From Utricularia gibba (taxonomy: Eukaryota; Plantae; Magnoliophyta), in the NCBI GenBank assembly GCA_002189035.1, contig NEEC01000002.1, forward strand, positions 1,364,001-1,428,000: DNA of 64,000 nt, written 5' to 3'. This document shows, piece by piece, positions 57,960-64,000 of this stretch (positions within the stretch are counted from its first letter, which is position 1; each line of letters starts with the position of its first letter). Both the position numbers and the translations under genes were made by a program. The notes under the pieces were generated by a model. That model worked only from the letters and a program-made list of their open reading frames with translations, was not told the DNA's origin and did not search any database.

Positions 57960-59783
57960 GGTCAAGCCCGGAAGGGTATCAGACTCTGGAGATATAAACA
58001 GGAGGGCATGGAAGTCAAGTACCAAGCCTTGGAAAAGCAGGGCCTTCAATGGTAGCAACATGTGGAGAGCTCGGAGAAGTGATGTCGGAGAGTTAATGGG
58101 AGGGAAGACGAGGAGGGGATTTAGTCATTGCAGATTAAGTTAATAACAATTCTTAATTAGCGCTTAATTACGTCTACTGCGTGTACGGTTAACCCCAACG
58201 GCGACCGTATATACTTACTAAATATAGATCACATGTGTGTACGCGTCTCGGCATTCAATATTTCCAAATTCATCGGTTTTCTTTGCTGGAGAAGAAGAAG
58301 AAGAATTCAAATCATTAAAAAGTTGACGACAATGCCGCCGCCATACTATTCAAGACTTCATCCCGTAGCCCAAGATTCCACACAACTCACAATTAATGAA
58401 GAATATTAAAAAATATAATGAAATTCAAAATTGGTTAATATTCCCATATGTGATTTTTTTAAAATAATTGTGATTGAGATTAATTTGTATAAAATATTTG
58501 ATAAAACGTGAGATGTATTTAAGCACTCTTTTGTTTTTCGTTGTTCATAGGATATCACTAAAATGTACAGGAAAGTATGTTATCATCATTGATAATGTGA
58601 AAGGCTTATTTGACATACTCATTTTTTCAGTTTTTAGTACCAATTTGCATTACATACTATTGGTCTTCCTTGCATCAATTCAATTAGACCAATTGGTATA
58701 GTGATTATATTTCATATTGATTATAGATGAAAGAATGAATATAGTTAAATAAATGGATATTTATAATATTGTATAAAGATTTTTATCTTAGAATAAATAA
58801 TATAAAACCGTGAAGATTCAGTACTCAAAACGAATAATATATAAAGTAAGTTGTTATATTTCCAAACACAACGTTTGTGTGTTTTGTAATGATAGGGGCG
58901 TCGGTGCGAATGTGAAGGCTGTCCCCGTTAAGACTTTTGGAGAGCTAATCACTTATTTAAGAATAATTAGAGTTATTAGGTATTCAGTAGATGAGGTGAT
59001 AATTGAATTTAAATACAAAAATATTTTTCATATAAAAGGGAAAGATAGATGAAAGGCATCATTTGAAATAGAATAGCATCTTTAAAAACACCTCTTACTG
59101 TATGTACATATAAAAAAATAGCCATATTTAGTATTCATTCTTTAATTAAATATGTAGAAAATAAAGGGTAAATATCTGATTTTCTAAGTGATCTCCTAAA
59201 AAAACAGGCTAATGTTTTACAAAATTCTTTACTATATATCCAAGTCTGTAATTAATATATATTATTTAATATAAAATAATCTAGTGTGATTTATCAACCT
59301 ATCTTTTAATAAATCAGAAAAGATTCCTTTGTATTAAATAATCGAATATTAGGGTTTGATGATGAACAACAAGGGAAGGGACAGTAGATGAGGGAGGAGG
59401 CCCTCTTGATTTACAACAAGGGACCGAATCTTGAAAATAATTGTAATGCGTCCCCAACATGGAGAGCCAACCAGCCCTACGGAGATTTCCTCTGTACAAA
59501 GGTTCTCAACAGCGGCCCCCCTCAAAGTAGGATCCACTGCTCCACATAGACTACTAGTTCTCTTCTCCGACACCAGCCATTCATGATGTGTTTTGTCCAA
59601 ATGAAGGTGATGGTGTTTCTGGGCATTCCACACAAAACTCTGTTCTAAATATGTAAAAACACAAGGTTGCAAACTCTTGCGGTTCTTTGGAGGTGGAGCT
59701 CATATAGAGTGGACAGCATGGAGTATCAAAGATACCTTGAAAAGGATGGCATGTGATGTGTTTACTTGTGTGCTCGATGTTGC

Positions 59784-62240
59784 TCACTCCCGGGCATTAT
59801 CGACGAGCTCTTTGGTCAGACCACGTTGGGCGATTCTGTAGTATAGAATCCCCATAGTCGCCAAGCAAGCCCTGTCAAAATGGTGTGAGCTTCACAGGTC
59901 ACTTTGGTTCTGAGAAAGGTCTCAAAAAAGGATGGATGTTTAGATAACAAAGCAGTACATGATGGCTATGAGTAGGAGTAGCTTCCTTGGGTCCACTCTC
60001 TTGGGCTTATGATGTCTCGCACGGCCTTCAGAGGCGTCATCGGCATGAGAAGCATCTTTACGAGGAGTTGCGGTGACGGGTAGGATAGGTTGTTGATTTG
60101 GCCAGAAAGGTAGCAAAGCCCTCAGGAACTTGTTTCGAAAGGAACCTGAATGATATTTACAGAAATTATTTTGTTCCACAAACATCCATTAAACAGATTA
60201 ATGACTGTGTTAGAAGTGCTGAACAATAATTGAAAAAGGAACAATAGCATAGATCAATTATGCTAGTAGAGCTTATGGAACAGCCAAAACAGTTCGGCAG
60301 AAGGTAGCACAGGGTTGGTTTTTATTTACCTCTTCGTGTGTACTTCTTTCTGTTCCCATCTTCATCATCAGCATAATATGCGATCTCAGAGTTTGGCTTT
60401 TCTATCTGCAATGCACTCTTACGCGTGGTTGCACCTGGCTGTGGTAAAAAAAATTGCGGAAATTCTGATATGCACAAAAATAACAAGGCATGTATTTAAA
60501 CAGAGTCTTACACCAGGACTTGGAGTTTTGATGAAGTTGGCTTCATGATTGTTCAAAGACGTTGGCCCATTTATATCCACAATGTTTGAATTCTCGGGTC
60601 TTACATTTGAGGCAGTATCATTGCCGAAAGTTTCACTATCTGTTGATGAATGTAACAACGGTCCAGTTGCAAAAGCAGGAGGAGGATTTTGGGATTCTAC
60701 TTCACTCTGTGGTACTGGATAGTTCCCGAACAAGCTCTTTTCGAAACCACTCTGAAAACATATCAGGAAACTCCCAAATGACCACATTTAATTGCTAAAG
60801 AAGTAACAAACAATCCATCACAACTAAAAAGAATATGAGATGGAATGAAAAACACATCGTTAATTGGTACATATGCCAAAGCAGAGTGCGAAGGAAGCTC
60901 CATGCTGAACACATTAAAAAAAGTACCTGTAAAATTGCTTCTTTCAGCTTTGTATGAAAACGTGATCCCGAATCTTTAAAATTTTTTGGCGGCCAAATCT
61001 GAAAAATTAAAGAAAATTCAGAAAATAATAAAACAAAAAATCACTGGAATCGGAAATGACATGAACTTCACCAGGATAACTTACATTAGTTGGACATGCA
61101 GGGCAGACATACCCAACTGGAGCAGTATGAAGTGGGAAACTTTTAATATGTGAAACTAAGCAGCTTGTATGTATGATATCTGCAAATTTCAATCACTATC
61201 ACAAAAATATTTCTGGAAAAAAAATTACATACATTCTGAATTCAGCACGAATACATACGCATGCATCCCAATCGAGTAGTTTGTGGGTCTGTTCCATCTG
61301 CAAGAACAGCTTGACAAAGGCAGCATCTAGGAGGCCAATCATAGTCCCCATCAATTACCCACTGGGCGTAGGCATTGACCTGATTCATCAAAACATACCA
61401 GCTATTATAACTCAGTACCACTCATAATAAAAAGAAAATCAAACATAACATACCACACAAATCTGATGCTCAGGGAAACATATACATTCGCCACATACAG
61501 GGACCTTGTGGACGAAACAATATAACTTGGTAGCCTGAGACAATAAAGTTGCAGAAGCTCATGAGCATGGCAGTGTAAAGCCTGAGTAATCATCTTATAA
61601 ACCACATCATCAATAGAAACAATTAACATGGTATCAATTGTAATCATTTCAAAATAGAAAACTCGAGCATTTCCAACACCTCCAGATTTTTGCGTATAAA
61701 TCTTTATTTTTTTCAATGGCAAGATTTTGCTTATAAATCTTAAAGCCAAAAGTCAACATGCAACATACATGTTGAATTTTGTCACCGAATTTGCAAAAAA
61801 CATTACACCTTCAAAAAACCACGTTTCTTTTCTTATTCGGCCTAGTTCTTATACTTGGAACAAACCCAATTAGCTAATCAGAACCAATCCTTCTGATATA
61901 TAAATATCTTAAAAACCTTACATCGTTCGATAATACCCAGATAGGCACCGATAAAACTAATCTTACACAAAAGAAGTTCAATGAAAAAAAAAACCACGAG
62001 AACGGCAAAATGAAAGTCAAACATCTAGAACTTCCAATGAAAGCAAATGCTGTCTCGATCAGATCCATAATTAGGAAAATGCGTCGCGTATTAAAATTTG
62101 AAGTAAAACCAAGTCTTCAAGAAACGCAAATCAACATAATGACGCCGCCAATCGAAAAAGATGTGCATAATCTCCAAATAGGCAATTGAACAAGAAAAAA
62201 AGTCTTCTAATCATACCTTTCGACACTTGCAAACAACCAT
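59784..62240 (-). CDS. ZFPL1-like zinc finger/RING protein (At2g14835-like), multi-exon
   Basis: MVVCKCRK|ATKLYCFVHKVPVCGECICFPEHQICV|VNAYAQWVIDGDYDWPPRCCLC..TTRLGCM|HIIHTSCLVSHIKSFPLHTAPVGYVCPAC..|..KFLRALLPFW..VDPRKLLLLIAIM|ACLATMGILYYRIAQR. Confidence 0.92.
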
Positions 62241-62296
62241 CACTTGCTGAGAAGAGTACCCAGATAGGACGAATTTTGCTGATCGTAATTCAGATC

Positions 62297-62586
62297 AACG
62301 GAAGCGTTTCAGGAAATTGCAGTTCTTGGTTTTCCCAGCTAATCTTTTTGATATTTATATATGCAGAAGCAGATAACGAGAAATGAAGCGTACGTATTTG
62401 GGCTTTTTCTGTTGGGCCTCAGCAACTTGTACCGTACGAATTAGAGTGAAGGTCAAAATGGACATTTCAAGTAAGACGAGTTATGGGGAAAACATCGAAA
62501 TATAAACCCTCAGAACAAATCTGTTAACTGCGAAACAAGCTTTTTAAAATTTGAACTGGCTTCCAGTTCTCTTCCGCCACCGTTGA
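62297..62586. promoter_or_regulatory. ZFPL1/BUB3 divergent promoter (428 bp between ATGs) with site II and MSA-like AACGG cores
   Basis: TGGGCT at 62399, TGGGCC at 62413; TCAACGG at 62295-62301 and its reverse complement CCGTTGA at 62580-62586. Motif match only. Confidence 0.35.
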
Positions 62587-62668
62587 TTTTCAAAATCCGC
62601 AGCTTGGCGAACTATCGGAGCGAAACTCCGGCAAAATCTCTGAATCGTTAACGAGAGGAACGTCGATC

Positions 62669-64000
62669 ATGGCGACGGTGGCACCACCTCACCTGGGGAA
62701 GGAGTTATTCAGCCCTCCCTCTGATGGAATTTCGAATCTTCGATTCTCAAACCACAGCGACCTTCTACTGGTTTCATCCTGGGACAAGGTTGTTTTTCAT
62801 GAATTTTTTGGTGAATTAGCATTTCATACAAAATAAATGGGGTGAAATTATTTTCTGTCCTTTCTTTTAGAGCGCTCGACTGTACGATGCGAGCACGAAT
62901 GTGCTCAAGGGGGAGTTGATACATGGAGCACCGGTTCTTGATTGCTGCTTCCATGATGATTCTTCTGGTTTCAGCGCTTGTGCGGACAACAAAGTCAGAA
63001 GGTGAATTCCCCAACTGCAATTTCTTTGTAAAGTTCAATTTCCTGTTTAGTTCTGTTTTTGCTCCCCTTTTGTCATACAGCTTCCATGTGATGTTCTCTG
63101 TACTTCAGGTTGGTATTCAACTACAATAGGGAGGATGTTTTAGGAAGCCATGATGCACCTGTTCGTTGTGTAGAGTACTCTTATGCAACTGGTAATATTT
63201 TTGACTAATTGATCAGTGAACTAGTCAGCTACATGTTTTACTCCGGATATCAAATGGTTCCTGTGGTGTTGGCGTTCATCTTGGTTGAAGCCCATTTCTG
63301 TTGCAAAAAAAAAAAAAAAATCAATCTTGGTATTCATAATGGTTTTTGAAAAGTCATCGGTCTGAAGTTATGCTCCTCGTTTTTTCAAAAAATTTGTTGT
63401 TCTGCATACGTACTGGATTTATCTCATATTTGCTATGTGGTGAATTAATTTTTTTGATTACTCGTTGAACAAAATATCTCCCTCTGTTATAGGACAAGTA
63501 ATTACTGGTAGCTGGGACAAAACCTTAAAGTGTTGGGACCCCAGAGGTGCCAGTGGCCAGGAACGATCTCTTGTGGGAACATTTGCTCAACCCGAGCGTG
63601 TGTACTCTATGTCTCTTTCCGGAAATCATTTGGTAGTTGCTACTGCTGGAAGGCATGTTAATATATATGACATTCGGAACATGTCTCAACCTGAACAAAG
63701 AAGGGAATCTTCTTTAAAATATCAAACGCGATGTGTTCGATGTTACCCTAATGGGTTAGGTACTGCTTTCTCTACCTGCTCTAATTCATATAGGGAATTT
63801 CTATCAAAAATAAATTTATCGAGCTTTTACTAAGGAAAAAGTAATTTTGTTCAGTATAGGGGCTCTCTATAACTGTGTTTGCTGCATTTTCTTGATCAGG
63901 TTATGCTCTAAGTTCTGTTGAGGGCCGTGTTGCAATGGAGTTCTTTGATCTCTCAGAGGCTGGTCAATCCAAGAAGTACGTATATTGTATTGCATTTGAA
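62669..64000 (+). CDS. BUB3: Mitotic checkpoint WD40 protein BUB3; truncated by window end
   Basis: [29 protein letters not shown]|[20 protein letters not shown]..|..[11 protein letters not shown]|[38 protein letters not shown]|[17 protein letters not shown]. Confidence 0.96.

Noticed and set aside
1-64000. CRISPR arrays, rRNA/tRNA, transposase or retrotransposon ORFs, bacterial-type systems
   Set aside because: None seen; all long ORFs are assigned to intron-containing or PPR/MADS/ATL plant nuclear genes.

Overview
Eudicot plant nuclear DNA, very gene-dense with mostly short introns. I count 23 protein-coding genes (first and last cut by the window edges), 1 miRNA gene and 2 pseudogenes in 64 kb. 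The density suggests a compact genome; the species cannot be determined from the sequence. Gene order: GPAT4/8-like (3' end), endosulfine/ARPP19-like, WRKY group IIe, ATL RING-H2, RGXT/MGP4, PYL8/9-like ABA receptor, nucleotidyltransferase pseudogene, complex I B9, PPR, DUF4079, MIR166, LHY/CCA1, UBA/PUB-protein pseudogene fragment, K/E-rich unknown protein, bHLH128-like, SYN3/RAD21, RabGDI, DnaJ-X, OM64, type I MADS, CGR2/3, Spinster MFS, cpFBPase II, GT61-like, ZFPL1-like, BUB3. Several of these are invisible or misleading in the ORF track (B9, endosulfine, MIR166, both pseudogenes). Five otherwise intact genes carry single-base frameshifts in short base runs, most simply explained as assembly consensus errors. 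I found no CRISPR array, tRNA/rRNA or intact transposon, and no clearly new multi-gene system. The best leads are (i) a candidate antisense unit with a 252-codon open frame across the miR166 hairpin, (ii) a pseudogene that keeps promoter motifs and points into the LHY 3' end, and (iii) substitutions at normally conserved residues in the PYL latch and Spinster TM1. All family names and Arabidopsis locus IDs come from recalled sequences, not database searches.
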